DNA of 64,000 nt from Gemmatimonadaceae bacterium (GTDB lineage: Bacteria > Latescibacterota > UBA2968 > UBA8231). The notes under the pieces were generated by a model that was given only the letters and a program-made list of their open reading frames with translations, was not told where the DNA came from and did no database searches. The position numbers and the translations under genes were made by a program. How positions within the stretch are numbered: position 1 is the stretch's first letter; each line of letters begins with the position of its first letter. The stretch spans positions 16,230 to 80,229 of the forward strand of contig JAPOZM010000001.1 in assembly GCA_026706075.1 (NCBI GenBank), written 5' to 3'. Of this stretch, positions 57,311 to 64,000 are shown one piece after another.

Positions 57311-57323
57311 GGCCGTCTCCTCC

Positions 57324-57881
57324 TCAGCCCAGGTACAGGGAAAGGACCGCTTCGGACGGACGGGCGATAACGTGGCGCGTCAGGAGCTCGCCCACGCGCT
57401 CCGCTGCCTCCGCGCCGGACGTGACCGCCGACTGCACGCTGCCCACGTCCCCGGTTACGAGGACCGAAATGTAGCCGCCTCCGATCTCCTGCACGCGGAC
57501 GACCTCCACCTCCGCCGCCTTCTCCATGGCGTCGGCGGCCTCGATGACCCCCGTAGAGCCGCGGGTCTCCACCATGCCCAGGGCGCGGACCCCGCTCACC
57601 TCCCCGCCCCCCTTCGATGGCAGGATCACCCCCAGCTCGGAATGAGGCCGGGGGATCACGTGCACGGCGCGCACCTCCCCGACCTTCGACGCCTCCTGGG
57701 CGCCGGCGTCGACCGCCGACTTCACGGCCGCCACGTCGCCGCCGCAGAAGAGGGTGGTCATGCCCGAGCCCACCCGGTCCCAGCCCAGCAGCTCCACCTT
57801 CGCCGCTTTGGATATCGCGTCTCCCCCGGCGATGAGGCCCGTGAGCCCCACGGTCTCCAACATGCCCAGAGCCTCTGTCAT
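57324..57881 (-). CDS. BMC shell protein, fusion of two canonical BMC domains
   Basis: ORF 57324..57881. [26 protein letters not shown]...VHVIPRP, then [26 protein letters not shown]...RHVIARP. Confidence 0.9.
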   Translation of the reverse strand: MTEALGMLETVGLTGLIAGGDAISKAAKVELLGWDRVGSGMTTLFCGGDVAAVKSAVDAGAQEASKVGEVRAVHVIPRPHSELGVILPSKGGGEVSGVRALGMVETRGSTGVIEAADAMEKAAEVEVVRVQEIGGGYISVLVTGDVGSVQSAVTSGAEAAERVGELLTRHVIARPSEAVLSLYLG

Positions 57882-58168
57882 TTCTCTCCTGCCTGCTCAG
57901 AAGCGGTATCGATGTGAACCCGGTCGACTCGCCCGATGATGGCAGCGTCGGCCGGAACCCCGTCCTCGAAGGCGTTGCATGCCTCCCGGGAGACCTCTAC
58001 GACGACCAAGTCTCCCTCCGCCATGGGCTGCCAGCCGACGGCCACCTCCGGATCGCCCACGCCCCTCAACTCGCCGTCCACGTCCTGCACCAGGTGCAGG
58101 CTCTTGTCGCGGTACGGCTCGACTGTCCGCGACAGGACCACCTGGCCGAGAACGCGGGCGAGCTTCAC
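57878..58168 (-). CDS. BMC pentamer vertex protein (EutN/CcmL family), copy 2
   Basis: ORF 57878..58168 (GTG start, GTGA overlap). MKLARVLGQVVLSRTVEPYRDKSLHLVQ...PADAAIIGRVD. Confidence 0.8.
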   Translation of the reverse strand: MKLARVLGQVVLSRTVEPYRDKSLHLVQDVDGELRGVGDPEVAVGWQPMAEGDLVVVEVSREACNAFEDGVPADAAIIGRVDRVHIDTASEQAGEK

Positions 58169-58425
58169 GGCGCCCCTTCGGGGCCGTCGACGATACCCAC
58201 GACGACGCTGCGCACGGGAGGGAACTCCAGGCCCGTCACCTCGCTGCCGGCGGCGCCCGAGTCGGCCACCAGGACGCGGCAGCCGGGACCGGCGCCCACG
58301 GCGTCGACCGCCAGCTGCAGGGCGGCGTCGCCGTCGCCGTCGTCGACGACCAGGATCCGGCGGCGGTCGAGGGCCGGATGGCGCTCATCGGCCACGACGC
58401 TGCCGATGACCCGCGCCATCCTCAT
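58165..58425 (-). CDS. BMC pentamer vertex protein (EutN/CcmL family), copy 3
   Basis: C-terminal end of ORF 58165..59307; ATG 58425 (ATGA overlap). MRMARVIGSVVADERHPALDRRRILVV...AVDAVGAGPGCRVLV...SVVVGIVD. Confidence 0.75.
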   Translation of the reverse strand: MRMARVIGSVVADERHPALDRRRILVVDDGDGDAALQLAVDAVGAGPGCRVLVADSGAAGSEVTGLEFPPVRSVVVGIVDGPEGAP

Positions 58426-58724
58426 GCGGCAGCCTGGGCGAAGCGACGGCCTCCGGAGCTCACCGCGTCGACGATGCCCACCAGAACGGCATCCACGGGC
58501 AGGTCTCCCATACCCGGGCACTGACGGGCCGAGCTGCCTTGCACCAGGAGCACGACCTGGCCCTGGCCGGCGCCCACGGAGTCGACGCAGACCAGGTGCC
58601 TGCGCGTGGGAAGGGCCTCCTCGCCATCGACGGTGAGCAACTCCACGAGCAGCAGTCTCCGGCCCTCGAGAGCGGCGGCCTTGGCCGAGGCCACCGCCTG
58701 CCCCTTGACCCGCGCCAGGACCAT
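58422..58724 (-). CDS. BMC pentamer vertex protein (EutN/CcmL family), copy 4
   Basis: ORF 58422..58724. MVLARVKGQAVASAKAAALEGRRLLLVELL...VCVDSVGAGQGQVVLLVQGSSAR...PVDAVLVGIVD. Confidence 0.85.
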   Translation of the reverse strand: MVLARVKGQAVASAKAAALEGRRLLLVELLTVDGEEALPTRRHLVCVDSVGAGQGQVVLLVQGSSARQCPGMGDLPVDAVLVGIVDAVSSGGRRFAQAAA

Positions 58725-58730
58725 CTCGCC

Positions 58731-59999
58731 TCAGGACACGGCCGCGGGCTCGTGCAGAGCCAGGTTCCTGAGTCCGGCCCGGATGTCGTCGCCGTCGTAT
58801 CCGTAGTACCCGGCGATGCGCTGGACCACGTCGTCCATGAGCACGTCGGGGCAACTGGCGCCGGAGGTGACCACCAGGCGGGCGGGCAACTCCTCCGGGA
58901 GCCACATCCCGGTCTCGACGACCTCCTTCCGGTGGATGTCGTAGTGACGGATGCGCTCGCGGGAAAGAAGGTCGCCGGCCGAACCGATCAGGTAGCTCGG
59001 CATCACCCGTTCGCAGATCTCCACCAGATGCGAGGTGTTGGAGCTGTTGTAGCCGCCGACGATCACCGCCAGGTCCGGTTCGCTGTCGAGGAGCGCCCGG
59101 GTGGCGTTCTGGTTCCAGTTGGTGGCGTAGCACAGGGTGTCGGCCGTATCGGCAAAGTGACGGTCGAGATCCTTGGAGCCGTAACGCTCGGCCATGGCGT
59201 CGCGGAGGATGGCGGCCACCTCCTTGGTCTCCTCGGCGAGCATCGTCGTCTGGTTGACGACGGCCACCCGCGACAGGTCCCGTTCGGGGTCGAAGCCCTC
59301 CGACCACTTGCCCTCGAAGACCTCGCGGAACTCGCCGACACCGGTCCGGCCGGTGATGAAGGCGGCCACGCTCAGCGCCTCCTCCCGGTCGAGGACGACA
59401 AGGGTCCTGCCGTACTGCTGGGTGTGGGAACGGGTGGCCTGCGTCTCCTCGTGCCGGTACTTCCCGTGGATGATGATCGTGTAGCCCTCGCGGGCGAGCT
59501 CCTCGCCGCGGGTCCAGACCTTGGAGACGAAGGGACAGGTGGTGTCGTAGTGCTCGCGAAACTCCTCCGACGCGGTGTCGATGCCGCTGCGCTGCAGGGA
59601 ATCCTCGATCTCCCGCGTCGTCCCGAAGGCCGGTATCAGGACGACGTCGTCAGAGGAGATCTCCTCTTCGGAGACGAGGCGCTCCCCGTTCTGGTCGTGC
59701 ATGAAGCGGACCCCGCGGCCTTCGAGGTCGTCGTTGACCAGGGGGTTGTGGATGATCTCGCTCACCAGGTTGAACCGCTTGTCGGGATGCCGATCCATGG
59801 CGGAGAAGGCCATGTGGATGGCCCGCTCCACGCCGTAGCAGAACCCGAAGTGGCGTGGGACGAGGACTTCGAGCCGTCCGACGGTCAGGCGGGTCGGCGC
59901 CAGCGAGCGCTTGCCCTCGTTCTCCCGGAAGTCCTTGATCCGCTGAATCACGGGGCCGGCGTAGTGATTGGGCACCCGATCGAACTGCTTGAAGGCCAT
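58731..59999 (-). CDS. ispH: 4-hydroxy-3-methylbut-2-enyl diphosphate reductase (long form)
   Basis: C-terminal 422 aa of ORF 58731..60677; ATG 59999. HFGFCYGVERAI, TTCPFVSKVW and GGYNSSNTSHLVE. Confidence 0.9.
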   Translation of the reverse strand: MAFKQFDRVPNHYAGPVIQRIKDFRENEGKRSLAPTRLTVGRLEVLVPRHFGFCYGVERAIHMAFSAMDRHPDKRFNLVSEIIHNPLVNDDLEGRGVRFMHDQNGERLVSEEEISSDDVVLIPAFGTTREIEDSLQRSGIDTASEEFREHYDTTCPFVSKVWTRGEELAREGYTIIIHGKYRHEETQATRSHTQQYGRTLVVLDREEALSVAAFITGRTGVGEFREVFEGKWSEGFDPERDLSRVAVVNQTTMLAEETKEVAAILRDAMAERYGSKDLDRHFADTADTLCYATNWNQNATRALLDSEPDLAVIVGGYNSSNTSHLVEICERVMPSYLIGSAGDLLSRERIRHYDIHRKEVVETGMWLPEELPARLVVTSGASCPDVLMDDVVQRIAGYYGYDGDDIRAGLRNLALHEPAAVS

Positions 60000-60059
60000 G
60001 GCGGAGGAATCTATGGACCCCCCGGGGAGTGTCAAACTTATATTGGGTCTCATCAAACG

Positions 60060-60746
60060 ATGACCCGTCCGGTTCCCTCCATCACCGCCATCGCCCTCGT
60101 CAGCGGGGGCCTCGACAGCTGCGTCGCCCTCGCCGAGGCCGTGCATCGAACGGCCGGCGAGGTGGCGGCCCTGCACGCCGGCTACGGCCAGCGGACCGAG
60201 AGCCGCGAGCGCCGGGCCTTCCTGGAGATCGCCGATCACTACGGTCTCGCGCACCGCCGGGAGGTCGACCTCCGCTACCTGCGGCAACTCGGCGGTTCGA
60301 GCCTGACCGACCGGACGATCCCAATGCCCGGGGAGGATCTTTGCGCCGACGAAGTACCGTCGACGTACGTCCCCTTCCGCAACGCCAGCCTGCTGTCGGC
60401 GGCCGTCGCCTGCGCCGAGGTCCTCGGCGCCCCGGAGATCTACTGCGGCGCCCACGCGCCCGGCTCGCCCTACCCGGATACGCGGCCGGCCTTCTTCGGC
60501 GCTTTCGGCCGTCTGGTGGACGCCGCGACTCCGCCCTCGGTGCGGATCGGCGTGCGCACGCCCCTGCTCCATCTCGACAAGGCGGCCATCATCCGCCGCG
60601 GGATGCAGTTGGGAGCACCGCTGGGCCTCACATGGTCCTGCTACGTCGACACCGAGTCCCCTTGCGGCGACTGCCACAGCTGCCGGCTGCGCTCCCGCGG
60701 CTTCGCCGCCGCGGGGCTTCCCGACCCCCTGGAGAGCCGATGCTGA
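60060..60746 (+). CDS. queC: 7-cyano-7-deazaguanine synthase
   Basis: Last 228 aa of ORF 58539..60746; ATG 60060. AIALVSGGLDSCVAL (PP-loop), YVPFRN, and the C-terminal Zn cluster SCY...CGDCHSCRLR. Confidence 0.9.
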   Translation: MTRPVPSITAIALVSGGLDSCVALAEAVHRTAGEVAALHAGYGQRTESRERRAFLEIADHYGLAHRREVDLRYLRQLGGSSLTDRTIPMPGEDLCADEVPSTYVPFRNASLLSAAVACAEVLGAPEIYCGAHAPGSPYPDTRPAFFGAFGRLVDAATPPSVRIGVRTPLLHLDKAAIIRRGMQLGAPLGLTWSCYVDTESPCGDCHSCRLRSRGFAAAGLPDPLESRC

Positions 60747-62323
60747 TCGGATACGTGAGCGACGAGCGCTACGTGGCCCTGCCGGACACGCTCCTGGAGT
60801 TCACCGGATCCGCGGGAGACGTGGTGCAGGCGCGGTCCGGCGCCTCCGGCGCCGTATACGCGGATCTGCCGCCGGGGCCCTGCAAGGTGGTCCTCGCCCG
60901 CCAGGGCTACGGCAGCAAGCGCGTGAGCATCAGCGTCGTCGAGGGCCGCCCCTGCCACTTCCGGCTCCTCGCCGACGGGCTGCTTGGCTATGCCTGGCCC
61001 AAGTGGGTGCGCGGCGGCGAGCGCTCCGAGTTCCGCGTTCACAGCCACGAGGCCTACAAGCTCGAGCTCTTCCGCTACGGCCGCGAGAAGGAGTTCGTGC
61101 GCACCATCGGCTGGTACGACGAGCACGGCCCCCGGGCGAACGTGCAGATTACGCCGGACGGCGACTACACCCAGACCGGGGTCGAGTGGAACCGCCACGG
61201 CTACACCAGCCCCCGCCATCCGCAGCAGGTGGCCGCCCCGGAGCGCACCGGCCTCTACTACTTCCACGCCTCCACCGAGAGCGGCCGTTTCTTCTCCTTC
61301 CCGTGGATCGTGGCGCCCGCCGCCCCCGGAGCCCCGGTGGCGGTCCTGGCCAGCAACATCACCTGGAACGCCTACAACAACTTCGGCGGTCGCAGCAACT
61401 ACATCCATCCCGACCGGGTGCCGCCCACGCCGACGGTCAACGCCCGCCTCGACCTGGACCGCTACACCGACCCCGATCACGACACCTACGGCGCCGACGA
61501 CTACGCCCCCCTCTCCTTCGACCGCCCCGAGCCGGTCAACCACATCCCCCTCGAGGCGCGGCTCACCGGCCCCATCGAGGGGCGCGCGGCCTGCCACCTG
61601 GCCGAGGCCGAGTGGCGGCTCCTCGGATGGATGGAAAGGCAGGGCTTCTCCTACGACCTGTGGGCGGAGACCCAACTCCACTACGGCCAGCTGCGGCTCG
61701 ACGACTACCGGGTCCTGGTGATCAGCACCCATCCCGAGTACTGGTCCGAGGAGATGTACCGCGCCGTGAAGTCCTGGGTCTTCGAGCGCGGCGGCAAGCT
61801 CATGTACCTGGGCGGCAACGGCCTCAACTGCAAGATCGAGATGCTCGACGGAGCAACGATGAAGGCCTTCAATGGCAACGCCCGGGAGCTCGCCCGCCAT
61901 GGGGCCGAGAGCCGCTTTCACCTCCAGGTCGAGTCGGAGGCCAACCTCCTCGGCGTCGTCTACTCCGAATCGGGCATCATGACCGCGGCGCCTTACCGGG
62001 TTGTCGACGCCGGCCACTGGACTCTCGCCGGCACCGGCCTAACCGAGGGCGACCGCTTCGGCCAGGCCAGCCTGCACATGAGGATCCCCGGCGGCGCCTC
62101 GGGACACGAGACCGACAAGACCTCGCCGAGCTCGCCCGCCAACGTGCACGTCGTCGCCAAGGGGATGAATCCCGATGAGGGCGGCGGCGAGATCGTGCAC
62201 TTCGACACCGGCAGCGGCGGCGAGGTGTTCTCCGTGGGTTCCATCACCTGGCCCGCCTCGATCCTCGTGGACCACGCCGTCTCCCGCATCACGGCGAACG
62301 TGCTGACCCGCTTCCTCGCCTGA
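60740..62323 (+). CDS. N,N-dimethylformamidase large-subunit-like protein (function unknown)
   Basis: In ORF 60029..62323; ATG 60740 (7-nt overlap with the queC stop). ...VAVLASNITWNAYNNFGGRSNY...RVLVISTHPEYWS...LMYLGGNG... resembles the DMFase beta-subunit-like family as I remember it. Confidence 0.65.
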   Translation: MLIGYVSDERYVALPDTLLEFTGSAGDVVQARSGASGAVYADLPPGPCKVVLARQGYGSKRVSISVVEGRPCHFRLLADGLLGYAWPKWVRGGERSEFRVHSHEAYKLELFRYGREKEFVRTIGWYDEHGPRANVQITPDGDYTQTGVEWNRHGYTSPRHPQQVAAPERTGLYYFHASTESGRFFSFPWIVAPAAPGAPVAVLASNITWNAYNNFGGRSNYIHPDRVPPTPTVNARLDLDRYTDPDHDTYGADDYAPLSFDRPEPVNHIPLEARLTGPIEGRAACHLAEAEWRLLGWMERQGFSYDLWAETQLHYGQLRLDDYRVLVISTHPEYWSEEMYRAVKSWVFERGGKLMYLGGNGLNCKIEMLDGATMKAFNGNARELARHGAESRFHLQVESEANLLGVVYSESGIMTAAPYRVVDAGHWTLAGTGLTEGDRFGQASLHMRIPGGASGHETDKTSPSSPANVHVVAKGMNPDEGGGEIVHFDTGSGGEVFSVGSITWPASILVDHAVSRITANVLTRFLA

Positions 62324-62368
62324 GGCACAACTTGCCGGCCCGGAGGGCGTGGCCTAGTTTCCCGGGGG

Positions 62369-62716
62369 ATGCCCCATCCCGAGGAACTCCTTGAAATCTT
62401 CCCGAACCCCGAACCGGGTCGGGAGTACACGATCGACATCGACTGTCCCGAGTTCACCTCGGTCTGTCCCCGAACCGGCCAACCGGACTTCGGTACCATC
62501 CATATCACCTATGTCCCCGGCGACAGCTGCCTGGAGCTCAAGTCTCTCAAGCTCTATCTGCAGTCCTTTCGCCAGCAGGGCATCTTCTACGAAGCCGTGA
62601 CCAACGCCATCCTCGATCATCTCGTGGCCGCATGCGCACCCAGGCGGATGACCGTGATCGGCGACTACAGCGCCCGCGGAGGCATCACCACCAAGGTGGC
62701 GGCCGCCTACCCCTGA
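62369..62716 (+). CDS. queF: NADPH-dependent 7-cyano-7-deazaguanine reductase (type I)
   Basis: ORF 62369..62716. [18 protein letters not shown] (catalytic Cys, QPD) and [10 protein letters not shown]. Confidence 0.9.
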   Translation: MPHPEELLEIFPNPEPGREYTIDIDCPEFTSVCPRTGQPDFGTIHITYVPGDSCLELKSLKLYLQSFRQQGIFYEAVTNAILDHLVAACAPRRMTVIGDYSARGGITTKVAAAYP

Positions 62717-62775
62717 CCGTTCGGGGGGGGCGTAGCGCCGCGGCTTCGCCATCCATCTCACCGGAGCGTATTCCC

Positions 62776-63705
62776 ATGGCAGAATCCAGGGATGAAGAGG
62801 AGGTCGTCGCCGGCGAAGGCGAGGGCCAGCAGGGCAAGGACAAGCCCTGGTATCCTTACATCACCAAGACCCAGTTCGAGAAGTTCCTCTCCCGACTGCA
62901 GAGCAAGATTCCCGAGGAGATCGACCGCGACTACGTGCGCGCCATCATCCGCACGCCTTCGATGATCTACCGCTTCCTCCGCGGCATCGAGGCGATGGGT
63001 CTGATCGACGACGAGCAGCACCCCACGGACCGGCTGAAGAGTCTGGTGGAGAAGGAGTCCCGCCGGCAGGCCATCGGCGAGGTCCTCGACGACCTCTACC
63101 CCGAGCTGCTGGGCCAGTACCGCGACAGCAACGGCGAGATGACCGACCGCGACATGGTCGCCTACTTCCGCCGCGAGACAGGGATGGGGAACGACTCGGC
63201 CAACAAGATGAAGATGTTCTTCAAGTATCTGCTCACCGAGGCCGAGGGCGGAGAGCCTGCCCCTGCCGCCGAAGAGGCGGGGGAGGCCGCCGAGGCCGAA
63301 GAGCCCGCCAAGGTCGACGCCGAGAGTGCCCCGGTCCGGGAGAGCCGCGAGCCCCCGGCGGCGAGTTCCGGCAACGGGCGTCGCGGTGAGGCCCGGGCTC
63401 AGCAATCCGACCGGCGGCCCCAGGGCCGGGGTGGAGACCGCGGCGACCGGGAGCGTGGAGAGCGCGAGCGGGAACGCGGCGACCGGGGAGAGCGCGACCG
63501 GGAGCGCGGCGACCGGGGTGAGCGGGAGCGCGACCGGGAACGACCCGTGAACAGCAACCGTCCCCTCACCGAGGCCCAGCGAGCCTACCTCGACACCCTC
63601 AAGTCCGTGTTGCGAGTCAACGTCGACGGCGACTGGGACGACGACATGATCCGCCTGGCCTTCGATCGGCTGGAGCGGTTGTTCGACCGCGTGCGGCGCA
63701 ACTAG
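62776..63705 (+). CDS. hypothetical protein with Arg/Asp/Glu-rich repeat region
   Basis: In ORF 62632..63705; ATG 62776 (MAESRDEEE). A globular N-terminal region, an acidic Ala/Glu linker, GDRGDRERGERERERGDRGERDRERGDRGERERDRER, and a conserved-looking C-terminal helix region. Confidence 0.6.
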   Translation: MAESRDEEEVVAGEGEGQQGKDKPWYPYITKTQFEKFLSRLQSKIPEEIDRDYVRAIIRTPSMIYRFLRGIEAMGLIDDEQHPTDRLKSLVEKESRRQAIGEVLDDLYPELLGQYRDSNGEMTDRDMVAYFRRETGMGNDSANKMKMFFKYLLTEAEGGEPAPAAEEAGEAAEAEEPAKVDAESAPVRESREPPAASSGNGRRGEARAQQSDRRPQGRGGDRGDRERGERERERGDRGERDRERGDRGERERDRERPVNSNRPLTEAQRAYLDTLKSVLRVNVDGDWDDDMIRLAFDRLERLFDRVRRN

Positions 63706-63723
63706 AGAGACTGGCCGGAAGCA

Positions 63724-63770
63724 CAGCAGCCCCCGTCTCGGCCTGGGCGAGACGGGGGCTGCTGGCTTTT
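63724..63770 (+). terminator. rho-independent terminator
   Basis: CAGCAGCCCCCGTCTCG (63724..63740), a 7-nt loop, CGAGACGGGGGCTGCTG (63748..63764), then gcTTTT. The 17-bp perfect stem lies 19 nt after the stop. Confidence 0.65.
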
Positions 63771-63785
63771 CCGGGCGATCCTCCT

Positions 63786-64000
63786 CTACTCCTCCCACAC
63801 CCCCATGGCCGAGAACTTCTCGACGCGCTGATCGATCAGGTCCTGCGGTTGCAGTGGACGCAGTTCGGCCAGGGCCTCCTGGATATGGTGCTTCAGGGTC
63901 GAGGCGACCTGGTTGTAGTCGCGGTGAGCGCCGCCGAAGGGCTCGGGCACGACCCGGTCGATGACCTTGTGCTCGATCAGGTCTGCCGCCGAGAGCCTGA
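63786..64000 (-). CDS. accA: acetyl-CoA carboxylase carboxyltransferase alpha subunit, 3' end only
   Basis: Not in the ORF track because it is truncated. Hand translation of the minus strand ends ...AADLIEHKVIDRVVPEPFGGAHRDYNQVASTLKHHIQEALAELRPLQPQDLIDQRVEKFSAMGVWEE with stop TAG at 63788..63786. VIDxxxPEPxGGAHRD is the AccA C-terminal signature. Confidence 0.8.
   Translation of the reverse strand, partial: RLSAADLIEHKVIDRVVPEPFGGAHRDYNQVASTLKHHIQEALAELRPLQPQDLIDQRVEKFSAMGVWEE

Noticed and set aside
48908-58724. Carboxysome or standard PDU/EUT/GRM microcompartment
   Set aside because: There is no RuBisCO, carbonic anhydrase, CcmM/CsoS2-like scaffold, B12-dependent dehydratase or ammonia-lyase, glycyl-radical enzyme or activase in or next to the operon. 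AldDH plus PduL mark it as a metabolosome of another kind.
60000-60059. preQ1 riboswitch upstream of queC (and at 62324..62368 upstream of queF)
   Set aside because: The leaders are only about 45-60 nt. I could not find the conserved preQ1-I/II loop sequences or a convincing hairpin/pseudoknot.
63421-63545. CRISPR-like or satellite repeat array
   Set aside because: The repeats are short, imperfect, contiguous (no spacers) and in frame within a continuous ORF. This is a coding low-complexity tract.

Overview
Very GC-rich (by eye about two-thirds or more G+C, not computed), densely coding bacterial chromosome segment. It probably comes from an uncultivated diderm of an FCB-type lineage; this is inferred from a SprA-like T9SS translocon, three T9SS C-terminal sorting domains and LptF/G. 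I can support about 65 protein genes, one tRNA-Asp(GTC), three terminator hairpins and a few promoter/operator candidates. I saw no rRNA, CRISPR array, transposase or integrase. The GC content fills the six-frame track with long spurious ORFs (for example a 2172-aa antisense ORF across sprA). Many calls therefore use internal ATG/GTG/TTG starts, often overlapping the previous stop (ATGA/GTGA/TTGA). Left to right: (1) a Co-type nitrile hydratase with an apparently split beta subunit; (2) oxidoreductases; (3) a tandemly duplicated module of secreted WD40 propeller with T9SS tail plus a Gly-zipper partner, one partner copy frameshifted, behind a MATE pump; (4) accessory sugar/acid enzymes (GNAT, enolase-superfamily, cupin, TIM-barrel isomerase, PhyH); (5) feoA-feoB plus a Cys-rich peptide; (6) dprA-obg-coaD, comEA; (7) a roughly 2050-aa SprA; (8) lptF/G; (9) a 6xLysM amidase; (10) Gfo/SDR; (11) ATP-grasp-like, LarE-like, def; (12) tRNA-Asp; (13) a second, split FeoB with a membrane-anchored DtxR-FeoA-FeoA fusion and a divergent DtxR gene with an IdeR-like box; (14) HNH; (15) the stand-out feature, a 14-gene bacterial microcompartment (metabolosome) operon at 48.9-58.7 kb on the minus strand. 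This operon has 9 BMC domains, including a four-domain shell protein, four pentamer genes, AldDH and PduL. The adjacent candidate signature enzymes are DHDPS/NAL-family proteins plus an FAD oxidase. (16) ispH; queC, a DMFase-like gene and queF; an Arg/Asp/Glu-repeat protein; the accA 3' end. All family assignments come from motif recognition by eye, with no database search.
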